A stretch of 64,000 nt of DNA from Coleofasciculus chthonoplastes F2-STO-03 (GCA_040222015.1 JAVJWO010000069.1:1-64000); one strand, 5' to 3'. Shown: positions 10,436-21,577, counted from the stretch's first letter. Notes: generated by a model not told the origin, from the sequence alone. Program-made: numbers and translations.

Positions 10436-10680
10436 ACCTGAAGGGTAAAGATGACAGGTAAATGTTAACCAAAGCACCAAATAACCGTTATTTGGGTGGT
10501 TCTCATAATCAGCCGGAAATCTTCTCAGGTTTCTTAACGCTCCGTTTACGTTTTCCTTCTGAGAACGTGAGGGGTATCCGTGAGAACAGACCCGATGAGG
10601 TGTTAAGGTTTCACTGTCTCGACCTAATTTGTCTAGATTTATAACCCTAGACTCAACCAAGCAAAGGAGGATTTGAGTTC

Positions 10681-11199
10681 ATGTTTGATGCATTCACCAA
10701 GGTGGTAAGCCAAGCTGATACGCGAGGCGAAATGCTGACCGGCTCTCAGATAGATGCTTTGAATGCAATGGTTGCTGAAAGCAACAAGCGGATGGATTCG
10801 GTTAACCGGATCACCAGCAGTTCGTCCAAAATCGTTGCTGATGCGGCTCGTGCTTTGTTTGCGGAACAGCCTCAGTTAATTGCTCCTGGTGGTAACGCCT
10901 ACACCAGTCGTCGGATGGCGGCTTGCTTGCGGGATATGGAAATCATCCTGCGCTATGTTACCTACGCAATTTTTGCCGGAGATTCCAGTGTACTGAACGA
11001 TCGCTGCCTAAACGGTTTGCGTGAAACCTATGTAGCGCTGGGTGTACCCGGAGCGTCTGTTGCTGCTGGCGTGCAAAAAATGAAGGATGCCGCGATCGCA
11101 CTTGCGAATGACCGTAACAATATCACTCCTGGTGATTGCAGCGCTTTAATGTCCGAAATCGGTAGCTACTTTGACATGGCTGCCAACGCGGTTGCCTAA
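10681..11199 (+). CDS. cpcB: C-phycocyanin beta subunit
   Basis: [29 protein letters not shown]. Confidence 0.97.
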   Translation: MFDAFTKVVSQADTRGEMLTGSQIDALNAMVAESNKRMDSVNRITSSSSKIVADAARALFAEQPQLIAPGGNAYTSRRMAACLRDMEIILRYVTYAIFAGDSSVLNDRCLNGLRETYVALGVPGASVAAGVQKMKDAAIALANDRNNITPGDCSALMSEIGSYFDMAANAVA

Positions 11200-11288
11200 A
11201 ACAAGGTAAAAAAAGATTGCCTGTTGAAGTTTAAACTTCATCAACACGTTTGAAAAAGTAAGCAAAAGATTAAGGAGATATCTCGACG

Positions 11289-11777
11289 ATGAAGACGCCA
11301 TTGACAGAAGCAGTCGCCGCTGCCGATTCACAAGGACGTTTCTTAAGCAGCACCGAAATCCAAATTGCCTTTGGTCGGTTTAAGCAAGCTCAAGCCAGCT
11401 TACAGGCAGCTAGAGCCTTAACTGACAAAGCGCAAATGCTGATCGACGGTGCAGCTAACGCGGTGTACCAAAAGTTCCCCTACACCACTCAGATGCAGGG
11501 ACCGAACTATGCTTCTACTCCCGAAGGGAAAGCCAAGTGTTCTCGTGACATTGGTTACTACCTGCGGATGGTAACCTACTGCTTAGTCGCAGGCGGCACC
11601 GGTCCGATGGATGAGTACCTAATTGCTGGGATTGATGAAATCAACAGCACGTTTGAACTGTCTCCTAGCTGGTACATTGAAGCCCTCAAGTACATCAAAG
11701 GTAACCATGGCTTGTCTGGCGATCCTGCCGTTGAAGCCAATTCCTATCTTGACTATGCGATCAACGCCCTGAGCTAG
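11289..11777 (+). CDS. cpcA: C-phycocyanin alpha subunit
   Basis: [31 protein letters not shown]. Confidence 0.97.
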   Translation: MKTPLTEAVAAADSQGRFLSSTEIQIAFGRFKQAQASLQAARALTDKAQMLIDGAANAVYQKFPYTTQMQGPNYASTPEGKAKCSRDIGYYLRMVTYCLVAGGTGPMDEYLIAGIDEINSTFELSPSWYIEALKYIKGNHGLSGDPAVEANSYLDYAINALS

Positions 11778-11788
11778 ATTGATCGCCT

Positions 11789-11850
11789 TGCCCGGAAAGG
11801 CAAGCAGTTGTTAGCAAAAAGGGTTAGCAATTGTTGGCGTTTCCGGGTAT
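11789..11850 (+). terminator. Stem-loop after cpcA (stability/attenuation)
   Basis: GCCCGGAAA...TTTCCGGGT inverted repeat. Confidence 0.55.
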
Positions 11851-11879
11851 CGTTTTATTCATTTTCAGGGAGGGTTGAG

Positions 11880-12701
11880 ATGACAAGTTTAACGGCAGCA
11901 AGGCGGTTAGGAATTGCCGCATTTGCTGAGTCTCCAAAAGTGGAGCTGCGTCAAAATTGGACGGAAGATGATTTGCAATTGGTGATCCGAGCCGCTTATC
12001 TACAAGTCTTCGGTAACGATAACTTGATGGAGTTTGAGCGGTTAACCAGTGCCGAATCACTGCTGCGTCACGGAGAAATAAGCGTTCGCAATTTTATTAG
12101 AACCCTGGGTCAATCGGAACTATATCGGGAGAAGTTTTTCTACTCCACTCCCCAAGTGCGATTTATCGAACTGAATTATAAGCACTTTTTGGGACGAGCG
12201 CCCTACGACCAGTCAGAGATTGCTTATCATACTGACCTGTATGATCAACAGGGGTATGAGGCGGAGATCAACTCCTACATTGACTCAATGGAGTATCAAG
12301 AGAACTTTGGCGAATCCATTGTTCCCTATCCGATTGGATTTGAAACCCAACGTAATCAGAAAACCGTGGGTTATAGCCGGATCTTCCAACTATTTGGCGG
12401 ATTAGGCAGTAGCGATCGCACTCAGCCGGCGGGGAATCGTTCTCGTCTGTTGCGGGAAGTTGCATTGAATACCTCGTCTCCTATCTACGCTGATCCGCAA
12501 GGACAGGCGATCGTGGGTACTCAGGGCGGAACTCGTGAGCAGATTTATATCGTGCGGGTGATTCAAATCCCCAAACCCGGACGTATGACCCGAATCCGTC
12601 GCAGTCAGATGGAATATTACGTTCCTTACGAGCAGCTTTCACAAAAGTTACAACAAATCAATAAAATGGGCGGTAAGGTGACGAACATCATACCCGCTTA
12701 A
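11880..12701 (+). CDS. cpcC2: Phycocyanin rod linker, CpcC2/CpcH type
   Basis: [33 protein letters not shown]-terminal CpcD-like domain. Confidence 0.85.
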   Translation: MTSLTAARRLGIAAFAESPKVELRQNWTEDDLQLVIRAAYLQVFGNDNLMEFERLTSAESLLRHGEISVRNFIRTLGQSELYREKFFYSTPQVRFIELNYKHFLGRAPYDQSEIAYHTDLYDQQGYEAEINSYIDSMEYQENFGESIVPYPIGFETQRNQKTVGYSRIFQLFGGLGSSDRTQPAGNRSRLLREVALNTSSPIYADPQGQAIVGTQGGTREQIYIVRVIQIPKPGRMTRIRRSQMEYYVPYEQLSQKLQQINKMGGKVTNIIPA

Positions 12702-12737
12702 GATTTCAAGATTGGCGTTTAATCAGGAGAAATTTAA

Positions 12738-13607
12738 GTGGCTATTACAACAGCAGCGTCCCGATTAGGGACAGAAGCGTATAGTAATCCAACTCCGGTA
12801 GAATTGCGCCCCGATTGGGTTGAATATGATATCCAAGGGGTTATTCGTGCCGTCTACCGTCAACTGTTGGGTAATGACTATGTGATGGCGTCTGAACGCT
12901 TAATCAGTGCCGAGTCATTGCTGCGGAACGGGTATATCAACGTGCGCGAATTTGTGCGTTGTGTTGCCAAATCAGAACTTTATAAAACCAAGTTTTTCTA
13001 CGGCAGTTTTCAAACTCGTGTAATTGAACTCAATTACAAGCACATATTGGGTCGCGCACCTTATGATGAGTCTGAGGTAATTTACCACCTGGATTTGTAC
13101 GAAACCAAAGGGTACGACGCTGATATTGACTCTTACATTGATAGTGAAGAGTATCAAGAAAACTTCGGTGATTATATCGTTCCGTATTATCGCGGTTTTG
13201 CCACTCAACGGGGTCAGAAAACCGTCGGGTTTACCCGTATGTTCCAACTGTATCGCGGTTATGCCAATAGCGATCGCGCTCAGTTGGCAGGAAGTGATTC
13301 GCGTCTGGCGACTGATTTAGCACAGAATTTTGCTTCAGCCGTGGTTGGACCATCGGGTTCCAATCAAGGTTGGGCATATCGCCAGTCTGAGAAGGGTGAA
13401 ACGCCCAGTAAGGCATTAGGTGGTCCTGTCCCTTATGGCACACAAGGCAAAGTTTATCGCGTCGAAGTAGCGGGGATTATTAATCCCAGATATCCTAAAG
13501 TTCGTCGCAGCAGCAAAGCCTTCTTAGTTCCTTATGAAGAACTATCCAACAAACTCCAACAGATTAACCGTCTAGGGGGTAAAGTGGCTAGCATTACACA
13601 GGCTTAG
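12738..13607 (+). CDS. cpcC: Phycocyanin rod linker
   Basis: [20 protein letters not shown]. Confidence 0.92.
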   Translation: MAITTAASRLGTEAYSNPTPVELRPDWVEYDIQGVIRAVYRQLLGNDYVMASERLISAESLLRNGYINVREFVRCVAKSELYKTKFFYGSFQTRVIELNYKHILGRAPYDESEVIYHLDLYETKGYDADIDSYIDSEEYQENFGDYIVPYYRGFATQRGQKTVGFTRMFQLYRGYANSDRAQLAGSDSRLATDLAQNFASAVVGPSGSNQGWAYRQSEKGETPSKALGGPVPYGTQGKVYRVEVAGIINPRYPKVRRSSKAFLVPYEELSNKLQQINRLGGKVASITQA

Positions 13608-13881
13608 TCCAAGCAGGCAGACATTGACTTCCGCTAAACAGAGGAAGATTGAACTGATCTGAACAGATCAGAGGGGACTGGGGACTGAAGAGGTTAGAAC
13701 TAGAGATAAAATAGCGGCAATTGCTGTGTTATTTCTAATCTCCTAACTCTTGAGACTCTAGTCCTCATTGGTATGTTGAGTAAGCAGACAAGTGGAAAAT
13801 TAAGCCGAATAAAGTTTATTTCCACCAACCTACTTTAATAATTACAATAGTGAAAAATACTCAAAAGGAGAATTGATTACT

Positions 13882-14121
13882 ATGCTAGGTCAAGTAGCAG
13901 CAAGCAGTGGGGCTAACAGCCCATCAGGGAGTCGTTTTTTTACCTATGAAGTCACGGGTTTGCGTCAAAATGAAACCAATGACAAAAACGAATACCCTTT
14001 TCGCAAAAGCGGCAGTGTCTTCATTAAAGTGCCTTATAATCGCATGAATGAAGAAATGCGCCGCATTACCCGCATGGGAGGAACAATTGTTAATATTCAT
14101 CCCGTGAATTCTGAAAGTTAA
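13882..14121 (+). CDS. cpcD: Rod-capping linker
   Basis: SRFFTYEVTGL, VPYNRMNEEMRRITRMGG. Confidence 0.92.
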   Translation: MLGQVAASSGANSPSGSRFFTYEVTGLRQNETNDKNEYPFRKSGSVFIKVPYNRMNEEMRRITRMGGTIVNIHPVNSES

Positions 14122-14215
14122 TTAATTGGCGGATTAAACTCAAGGCTGGTAAACGGTCAGGGGTAAGGGGGAATACTATGCTCATTATCTGTTACCGATT
14201 ACCAGCTAAGGAGAA

Positions 14216-14330
14216 ACGGGGAACAGGGAACAGGGGAGATGAGGAAGCAGGGGAAGCAGGGGAAGCAGGGGAAGCAGGGGAAGCCAACCAATGACGAATG
14301 ACGAATGACGAATGACGAATAACAAATGAC
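14216..14330. repeat. Composite STRR (GGGAACA, GGGGAAGCA, AATGACG)
   Basis: Tandem arrays running into the cpcE start. Confidence 0.9.
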
Positions 14331-15135
14331 TAACGGCGGTGAATCCTTTACAGTAGAACAAGCCCTGGCGAACCTCAAACAACGGGATGATTTAAGTCTT
14401 TGCTATTATGCGGCGTGGTGGCTGGGAAAATTTCGGATTCGAGACGCCGCCGTAATCGACGCCTTGATTGTCGCCTTAGAGGAAGAGGCAGATCGCACCG
14501 AGGCGGGCGGATATCCTCTGAAACGCAACGTCGCACGGGCGCTGGGGAAGCTAGGCGATCGCAAAGCTGTTGCGCCACTGATAAACTGTCTAGACTGTTC
14601 CGATTTCTATGTGCGAGAAGCCGCCGCGCAGTCGTTAGGGAGGTTAGGTGATCCCGTTTGTGTTCCTCAGTTAATGCAATTATTAGAGGGTGGGATAGAA
14701 GCGGGATTACCTGTACCCGGATCACCGCACTTGGCACAACCTTATAATGCAGTCATAGAAGCGTTAGGCAGTTTAGGGGCAAAAGATGCGATCGCATTAA
14801 TCGAACCCTTCCTAGAGCATAATCAAGAACGGATACAGTACGCCGCCACACGAGCGATGTATCAGTTAACCGGGAATCCCGCCTATGGCGATCGTTTAGT
14901 GCAAGCGTTAAAAGGGGAAAAGTTACAATTACGACGGGCTGTATTAGCTGATTTAGGGGCGATTGGGTACTTAAAGGCAGCGGATGCGATCGCTCAAACC
15001 TTAGCTGAAAATAGTTTAAAGCTCATTTCCCTCAAAGGGGTATTAGAGCATGAAGTAAAAAACTCCGCCAGCGAATCGGTTCAGCCTTCAGAAGCAGCCA
15101 TTCATGTGATGAAGCTGATGGATAACTTGCTGTAG
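14326..15135 (+). CDS. cpcE: Phycocyanin alpha-84 lyase subunit E
   Basis: YYAAWWLGKFR, GGYPLKRN, AENSLKLISLKG. Confidence 0.93.
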   Translation: MTNGGESFTVEQALANLKQRDDLSLCYYAAWWLGKFRIRDAAVIDALIVALEEEADRTEAGGYPLKRNVARALGKLGDRKAVAPLINCLDCSDFYVREAAAQSLGRLGDPVCVPQLMQLLEGGIEAGLPVPGSPHLAQPYNAVIEALGSLGAKDAIALIEPFLEHNQERIQYAATRAMYQLTGNPAYGDRLVQALKGEKLQLRRAVLADLGAIGYLKAADAIAQTLAENSLKLISLKGVLEHEVKNSASESVQPSEAAIHVMKLMDNLL

Positions 15136-15165
15136 CCTTGTAAATTGATTCTCGCCTTGCGAGTG

Positions 15166-15275
15166 TGACAAATGACAAATGACGAATGACAAATGACGAA
15201 TGACAAATGACAAATGACAAATGACAAATGACAAATGACAAATGACGAATGACAAATGACGAATGACAAATGACC
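15166..15275. repeat. STRR (AATGACA/AATGACG)n
   Basis: About 15 tandem heptamers overlapping the cpcF start. Confidence 0.95.
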
Positions 15276-15910
15276 AAAGCCTGATTCAAGCCGTTGAACA
15301 AGCTGATTCTGCCCCTCGCTTACTCGCCGCCGTGCGAACCCTAGCCAACGCCAAGATAGAAGCGGGGATTCCCACATTAATTGCCGTTCTCAGTTATAAC
15401 AACCCCGGTGCAGCCGTCGCTGCCGTCGATGGATTAGTGCAATTAGGAGACATAGCGGTAGAACCATTACTCAACCTGCTTGATGAATATAACTATGGAG
15501 GAAGGGCTTGGGCGATTCGAGCGTTAGCCCAACTTGCTGATCCCAGAGCCTTAGACACCTTATTGAATGCGGCTGAAACCGACTTTGCTCTAAGCGTGCG
15601 TCGTGCGGCGGCGAAGGGGTTAGGAGATATACAATGGTTAAAACTATCTCCTAAAGAGATTCCCTTAGCCCAAGGGCGAGTGCTGAAAACGTTACAGATA
15701 ACCTCTCATGATCCCGAATGGGTGGTGCGTTATGCTTCGGTGGTAGGATTGCAAGGGTTAGCCACGGCGGTAGCCGAAACCCAACCGGATTATTGGCAAC
15801 AGATTATCGCTCATTTTGAGCAACTGATGAAGGATGAGTCAGATTTAGCCGTTCGCACCCGTGTACAATTCGCCTTAGCGCAACTGCAACTGGTGCAAGA
15901 TATCAGTTAA
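15263..15910 (+). CDS. cpcF: Phycocyanin alpha-84 lyase subunit F
   Basis: YNNPGAAVAAVDGL, YNYGGRAWA, DFALSVRRAAAKGLG. Confidence 0.93.
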   Translation: MTNDQSLIQAVEQADSAPRLLAAVRTLANAKIEAGIPTLIAVLSYNNPGAAVAAVDGLVQLGDIAVEPLLNLLDEYNYGGRAWAIRALAQLADPRALDTLLNAAETDFALSVRRAAAKGLGDIQWLKLSPKEIPLAQGRVLKTLQITSHDPEWVVRYASVVGLQGLATAVAETQPDYWQQIIAHFEQLMKDESDLAVRTRVQFALAQLQLVQDIS

Positions 15911-15954
15911 AACGGGTTCAAAGACTTACCCAGTAAGCTTTAGTTACTAAACCT

Positions 15955-16791
15955 ATGTTTCCGTTCAAATATCCCGTACCGCAAACTGATCCACCCTTGT
16001 CGCCGAGAGAAACACTGCCGACGATGTATGATCTCAAGAGTGAAGATCCGGAGGAGCCTGGATTGCCTGATGAATTCCATGATTGGCAGGCACAATTGTT
16101 GAGTCTGACATTTCGTCCGCCTCATTATCCGCCACAGCAGGTATTTTGTGCCAGTGACATGAACCTTTACTACGACGTGCGTCATCCAGGATGGTACAAG
16201 CGACCCGATTGGTTTGGGGTGGTGGGTGTACCTCGACTTTATGAGCAAGTCGATATGCGCCTATCTTACGTGGTGTGGCAAGAGGGCGTGAATCCTTATG
16301 TGGTGGTAGAATTGCTCTCTCCAGGGACAGAGAAGGAAGATTTAGGGGAAACGGAAGCGGAAATGCGACCCGTTGAGTCGAGGGACGTTGCCGGAAATGG
16401 GCAAGCAATTGAGCCTCAAGTTGAGCATAAACCGCCGCGAAAATGGCAAGTCTATGAGCGGATTCTACGGATTCCTTATTATGTCGTTTTTAGTCGTTAT
16501 ACGAATCAGTTACGAGTCTTTACATTAGCAGGGGGACATTACCAAGAATTAGAGTTACAGGAGTGGCGAGTGTGGATTCCTGAGTTGCATTTAGGTTTGG
16601 GATTGTGGCAAGGGGAATTTCAAGGAATTGAGCGTTTGTGGTTGCGTTGGTATGATGCTCAAGGGAATTGGATTTTGACTGAGGCAGAACAGGAGAGACA
16701 ACGAGCAGAAGCGGCGGAAGCTCAGTTACAGTCTTTGCTGGAGCGATTGCGGGAATCGGGAATTGATCCTGATACATTGTTGGGTGGTTAG
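15955..16791 (+). CDS. Uma2-family (DUF820) PD-(D/E)XK protein
   Basis: LPTMYDL.SEDPEEPGLPDEFH, RPDWFGV, VELLSPGT, ERQRAE tail. Confidence 0.88.
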   Translation: MFPFKYPVPQTDPPLSPRETLPTMYDLKSEDPEEPGLPDEFHDWQAQLLSLTFRPPHYPPQQVFCASDMNLYYDVRHPGWYKRPDWFGVVGVPRLYEQVDMRLSYVVWQEGVNPYVVVELLSPGTEKEDLGETEAEMRPVESRDVAGNGQAIEPQVEHKPPRKWQVYERILRIPYYVVFSRYTNQLRVFTLAGGHYQELELQEWRVWIPELHLGLGLWQGEFQGIERLWLRWYDAQGNWILTEAEQERQRAEAAEAQLQSLLERLRESGIDPDTLLGG

Positions 16792-16881
16792 AGTGGAATC
16801 GAATGGTGCGATCGCGGCTTCGTGTTACCTTGGCTGTAGGCTAGACTCTATTGGCATCAGTTTTAGGGTAAGCCGATTTTA

Positions 16882-16950
16882 TGTAGGGTGGGCAAGAGTT
16901 ATAAAGAAAGGAAACGCTATATATTCTCGTTCGTTGTTCTTGCCCACCTC
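16882..16950. repeat. REP-like inverted repeat (GTAGGGTGGGCA...TGCCCACC)
   Basis: A shorter relative occurs at 8387-8407. Confidence 0.65.
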
Positions 16951-17060
16951 ACGGTAATTTCATATAAAAGCCATAATGTCAAGCAGGGGGAGTGAGTTTA
17001 CAATAAGAAGTCCCGGAACATCGGCACCCCTGGCTCTATCAGCAGATAAAATAGCACTTC

Positions 17061-17999
17061 ATGGTGGAACAAACTACGCTCCCTTTACCAGAAATCGATA
17101 ATCACGTTCCTGCGGTTAATCCTGTCTTTGCCCGCCACGAGACGTTTCATCCTCGGTTTGGCTGGCTGAAGAAGGGTTTTGACAAGGCAACTGAAGATCC
17201 AGGAATTTTTTTGAGCCAGGATGCACCTGTACGTTTGGGCGTGGGTAAGAATATGGTGCGCTCGATTCGTTACTGGTGTTCGGCGTTCAAAGTGCTGGAT
17301 AATGATACTCCCTCAGAGTTTGGCAAACAATTGTTGGCGGATAACGCTTGGGATGAGTTTTTAGAAGATCCGGCATCTCTGTGGCTACTCCATTGGCATC
17401 TCCTCACACCCACCTGCTTGGCGACGGCTTGGTATTTTGCGTTTCATGTCTTTCGTCCAGTTGAATTTTCAGCCGATGATTTATTTGAGGCGCTTTGTGA
17501 CTATAGGGATAGTCTGGGTAGTCGTATTGTTGATGCCTCACTAAAAAAAGACATCACCTGCATCTTGCGGATGTATGTAGAACCCGATACCAAGACAGGC
17601 GTAAGTGAGGATTCCATTGACTGTCCTTTTGCTGAACTCGGCATTATCCAAACCCTAGGGAACTCCAAGCACTACAGGTTTCAAATGGGTGCAAAAACTA
17701 ATCTCCCCGCCGAGGTTGTCGTTGCGGCTTGTTTGGAGTTTGCCGCGTTTAAAGGGAGTCAGAAAACCATATCGATTGCCAGTCTTACCTTTGATCCAGG
17801 TAGCCCGGGTTTGGCGTTCAAGCTGAATGAAAGTGCTGTCTGTGATGCTATCGAACAGGTTGGGCGGTTCTCAAAGGATCTCACTCTCTCTGACTCGGCG
17901 GGATTGATTCAGTTTTCCTTTAAAAAGCAGGCAAATGAGCTAGCACACGATATCCTAGACAGGTACTACAGTACTAGAAGACGCGGTGGGGCAAAGTAA
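17061..17999 (+). CDS. DUF4007 family protein (SspB-like)
   Basis: FARHETFHPRFGWLKKG, LGVGKNMVRSIRYW, LEDPASLWLLHW; stop overlaps the next start. Confidence 0.85.
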   Translation: MVEQTTLPLPEIDNHVPAVNPVFARHETFHPRFGWLKKGFDKATEDPGIFLSQDAPVRLGVGKNMVRSIRYWCSAFKVLDNDTPSEFGKQLLADNAWDEFLEDPASLWLLHWHLLTPTCLATAWYFAFHVFRPVEFSADDLFEALCDYRDSLGSRIVDASLKKDITCILRMYVEPDTKTGVSEDSIDCPFAELGIIQTLGNSKHYRFQMGAKTNLPAEVVVAACLEFAAFKGSQKTISIASLTFDPGSPGLAFKLNESAVCDAIEQVGRFSKDLTLSDSAGLIQFSFKKQANELAHDILDRYYSTRRRGGAK

Positions 18000-20900
18000 T
18001 GAAACGAGCATTATCTGACTATTTCAGCCTCAATCGGCGCTATTCTCGCTCGATTAATTTAGAGCGGGATTTGCAGCAACTCGATGCCCTGGAGGGGTAT
18101 GTTCCCACCACTCGCTCCGTTGATGCCCTCAGACGAATTTTAGCGGGTTGGCAAGACTCCCAATCCCAGCGGGCTTGGACGCTAACCAGTGTCTATGGCA
18201 CGGGGAAGTCGGCGTTTGCTCACTTTTTATCGGCTCTATGTGCCAAAGACAACGAGAAAATAAAGCAGCAGGCGCAGGAGATTGCCCGAAACGCTTTAGG
18301 CGCTGACAGTACAGAGTATTGTCGTCTCAGGGAAACGCTACCGCCGCAAGGTTTAGTCAGAGCCGTGGCTACAGCACAGCGAGAACCAATTGGTAACACG
18401 GTGATTCGGGCTTTAGCCAGAGGTATTAGGCTATTTTGGTCATCAGCAGAGAGAGAAAAAATTGCTATCGCGGGTCAACTTTTAGACTGGGAAGCAGCAA
18501 TTGCCAATGGAGAAACCGTTGACAGCCGAGGGCTTCCTCAGATGGTGCAAGAACTCGCTCAGGCGGCTCAAACGGGTGTCTTTTTAATTATCGATGAGTT
18601 AGGCAAAAATCTGGAATTTGCTGCCTATAACGAAGGGGCGGAAGATTTATATTTGTTGCAGCAGTTAACTGAACTGCCTAGAGTTGGGCATTATCCTGTG
18701 TATATACTGGGGATACTTCACCAAGCATTTACCGAGTATGGTCAGAGATTAGCCTCTGTTCAACGGAACGAATGGGCAAAGATTCAAGGGCGGTTTGAAG
18801 ATATCCCCTTTACAGAATCAGCGGGACAAATGGTGCGGTTGATGGGTCAAGTTATTGATCAATCCCAGGCAGAAAGTTTTCATTGTGCGATCAATAACCA
18901 AGCAGAGGAATGGTTAGATGAGCGCTGGAAAGATATCGCCATGGCGGAAGAACTGACGCCACAAGTTCTGGGAGCGGTGTATCCGTTACATCCTCTCTCG
19001 GCGTTAGTGTTGCCTATGCTATGCGCTAAGTATGGACAAAATGACCGCTCACTCTTTACGTTTCTCACCAGTTCTGAACCCTATTCATTTAAGAAGTTTC
19101 TAGATGAAACAACGGTGCAGGGTGAACCATTGCCCACCCTGAAATTGGATCGGGTTTATGATTACTTCGTTGAAGCCACCGGATTGGGTTTAGGTTCTCG
19201 ATTGGGTTTGCAACGGTGGGTAGAGATTCAGAATTTAATTGCCGATGCCAAACATCTGGATACGGATTCTCTCAGAGTTTTAAAGACAATTGGCTTGCTT
19301 AACTTAGTAACAACAACAGGTGCGGTGAAAGCCACTCACGAACTGGTGACGTTGGCAATGTGCGATTCACCTTATGAGGAACAAGATCAGCAGTATTGGG
19401 ATGATATTATTGATCGTTTATTACGACGAAATGTGATTACCCATCGTCGGTTGCTGGATGAACTGCGGCTTTGGGAAGGCTCTGATTTTAATGTCGAGGG
19501 CGAAGTGGCGGCGTTGATTGAGCAAGAGCGATCGCCTCTGTTTAGTCTTTTGTCACAAACCTATCCCCTGAAGCCATTAGTGGCTGGGCGGCATAGTTAT
19601 AAAACGGGTACGTTGCGGTATTTTGAGCGCCGCTATGTTAATGCAACACAGGATTTAGCGCAACTGCTTTGTGAGAGTAAAGATAGTGATGGATTAATTG
19701 CTTGTTGGGTGGATGAGGAATTACCGAGTCAACCCCCAGCTTTGACAGCCGATGGGAAGCCGTTAATTGTTTTGTGTGCCAAAAAACTGGGTATCCTGCG
19801 AATTAGGGCGCTAGAATTTGCCGCACTTGATAAAATCCAGAGTAGTGCGGCTCAACTCCAGACGGATGCTGTGGCGAGACGGGAAGTCCAATATCGGTTA
19901 TTTGAGACGAAACGATTGCTTGATGAAAGTTTGAGCAGGTCCTTTGATGTAGCCGTTAATCAGAATGTTTGTTGGATTCAGGGGGAACCAGAAACCATCA
20001 GCCACGCGACAGAGTTTAATGCTAAGTTATCAGAGGTTTGTGACAGGGTTTATCTAAAAACGCCGATTCTTTGGAATGAGTTGATTAATCGCCGCGAACT
20101 GACATCTCAAGGCGCTAAGGCGAGACGGGAACTGATTGAGGCGATGTTGGAAAATGCCGAGGTAGAAAGATTAGGATTAGAAGGGTATGGTCCAGAAGTC
20201 GCCATGTATTATTCCCTGCTAGGTGAGACAGGAATTCATCGACAGGAGGAGGACGGTTGGGGATTCTATCCACCGGATAAAAACTCCAATGTATGGACGG
20301 TTTGGCAGGCAATTGAAGCGTTTCAAAAAGCTGCTAACGATAAACAAAAGCCGTTAGACAAACTCTACCAACAATTAGAAGCACCACCATTCGGCGTCAA
20401 GCAAGGGTCGATTCCGGTGCTGTTAGCGGCAGTTTTGCTGTATCATACCGATGATGTCGGGATTTATAAAGATGGGACATTTATCCCGATTTTGGGTTCA
20501 GAACATTTTGAGCTATTGGTGAAAGATCCCTCCCGCTTTGCGGTTAAATATTTTGAAGTCGTGGGGTTGCGATCGCGAGTCTTTCAGGAACTCGAAGCGG
20601 TGTTGAAATCGCCTCAGTCTCGAATGCCTACGGGAGTCAGGAATGTAACTCTGTTGGCGGTGGCTAAACCGCTATTTCAGTTTGTGAAAAAGCTACCTGC
20701 GTACACGCTGAAAACCAAGCGCCTCAGTTCAGAAGCACAAGCGGTTTTACAAACCTTGAAGCAAGCCCAGGAACCCGATGTATTACTGTTTAAATCCTTA
20801 CCTGAAGCTTGCGGATTGCCAGCCATTGGTACGAATGAAGTTGACGATGGTAAGACAGCGAAAACCTTACGGAAAAAGTTAGTGCAAGCGCTGCACGAGA

Positions 20901-21514
20901 TTCAGACGGCTTATGACTGCTTACTGAGTGACTGTAAATCACGATTGCACGATGCCTTTGGGATTAGCAGCAATGAAGCTAAATTGCGGGAAGATTTAAG
21001 AGTGCGAGCCAGTCGTCTAGCGGGACAATGCGTTGAGAGTATGCTGAAACGTTTCATCGGAGCGGCAGTTGATGAAACCAAAACAGATACCGAATGGTTA
21101 GAAGCCCTAGTGATGATTGTGGCAGATAAGCCGGCTGAGTCTTGGAGTGATGAAGATATGACTCAGTTTGAAATTAACCTCTCAGATGTGGCTAGGCGGT
21201 TCAAGAATTTGGAAGCGTTGCGGGCAGACGTTGATGCCAAAGGTGGGGGATTTGAGGCACTTAGAATCACAGTAACTCGTCAGAATGGACAAGAAATTAA
21301 TCAAATTGTGGGAATTGATTACGACTTACAGACCCAAGCAGAGGAACTGGTAGAAAATATGCAGAAAACGCTGCCTAATAATAACACACAACTGCGGCAA
21401 TTTGCCATTTCCCTACTGGTGGAGAGAGAGTTTGATTTAGCGTCGGAAATATTGCCTCAAATTGGGGATGGGCGTCAAAATCGAGGGGACGGGCAAAAAC
21501 AAGATTATGCCTAG
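17999..21514 (+). CDS. Large P-loop ATPase (SspC/BrxC-like)
   Basis: RYSRSINLERD, Walker A VYGTGKS, Walker B LIIDELGK, EWAKIQGRF, YPLHP, QNDRSLFTFL. Confidence 0.8.
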   Translation: MKRALSDYFSLNRRYSRSINLERDLQQLDALEGYVPTTRSVDALRRILAGWQDSQSQRAWTLTSVYGTGKSAFAHFLSALCAKDNEKIKQQAQEIARNALGADSTEYCRLRETLPPQGLVRAVATAQREPIGNTVIRALARGIRLFWSSAEREKIAIAGQLLDWEAAIANGETVDSRGLPQMVQELAQAAQTGVFLIIDELGKNLEFAAYNEGAEDLYLLQQLTELPRVGHYPVYILGILHQAFTEYGQRLASVQRNEWAKIQGRFEDIPFTESAGQMVRLMGQVIDQSQAESFHCAINNQAEEWLDERWKDIAMAEELTPQVLGAVYPLHPLSALVLPMLCAKYGQNDRSLFTFLTSSEPYSFKKFLDETTVQGEPLPTLKLDRVYDYFVEATGLGLGSRLGLQRWVEIQNLIADAKHLDTDSLRVLKTIGLLNLVTTTGAVKATHELVTLAMCDSPYEEQDQQYWDDIIDRLLRRNVITHRRLLDELRLWEGSDFNVEGEVAALIEQERSPLFSLLSQTYPLKPLVAGRHSYKTGTLRYFERRYVNATQDLAQLLCESKDSDGLIACWVDEELPSQPPALTADGKPLIVLCAKKLGILRIRALEFAALDKIQSSAAQLQTDAVARREVQYRLFETKRLLDESLSRSFDVAVNQNVCWIQGEPETISHATEFNAKLSEVCDRVYLKTPILWNELINRRELTSQGAKARRELIEAMLENAEVERLGLEGYGPEVAMYYSLLGETGIHRQEEDGWGFYPPDKNSNVWTVWQAIEAFQKAANDKQKPLDKLYQQLEAPPFGVKQGSIPVLLAAVLLYHTDDVGIYKDGTFIPILGSEHFELLVKDPSRFAVKYFEVVGLRSRVFQELEAVLKSPQSRMPTGVRNVTLLAVAKPLFQFVKKLPAYTLKTKRLSSEAQAVLQTLKQAQEPDVLLFKSLPEACGLPAIGTNEVDDGKTAKTLRKKLVQALHEIQTAYDCLLSDCKSRLHDAFGISSNEAKLREDLRVRASRLAGQCVESMLKRFIGAAVDETKTDTEWLEALVMIVADKPAESWSDEDMTQFEINLSDVARRFKNLEALRADVDAKGGGFEALRITVTRQNGQEINQIVGIDYDLQTQAEELVENMQKTLPNNNTQLRQFAISLLVEREFDLASEILPQIGDGRQNRGDGQKQDYA

Positions 21515-21577
21515 CTTGTCGTTTATCATCCGATAATAATTGTCAACATAAGGGAACAGCAGGCAAGGATTAGTGCT

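Noticed and set aside
9772..10680. CcaR G-box for chromatic acclimation of pec, and the 131-aa ORF at 10265-10660
   Set aside because: No convincing G-box direct repeat found by eye; the ORF is antisense to the cpcB promoter/leader and has no motif.
11880..12701. Linker as a relocated pecC
   Set aside because: N-terminus and QRNQKTVG segment look like CpcC2/CpcH rather than PecC; a phylogeny is needed to be certain.
3655..15275. Tandem repeats as a CRISPR array
   Set aside because: Units are 7-9 bp with no unique spacers, and there are no cas genes.
15032..15377. Antisense ORFs (HLSFVIC)n
   Set aside because: STRR artefacts opposite cpcE/cpcF.
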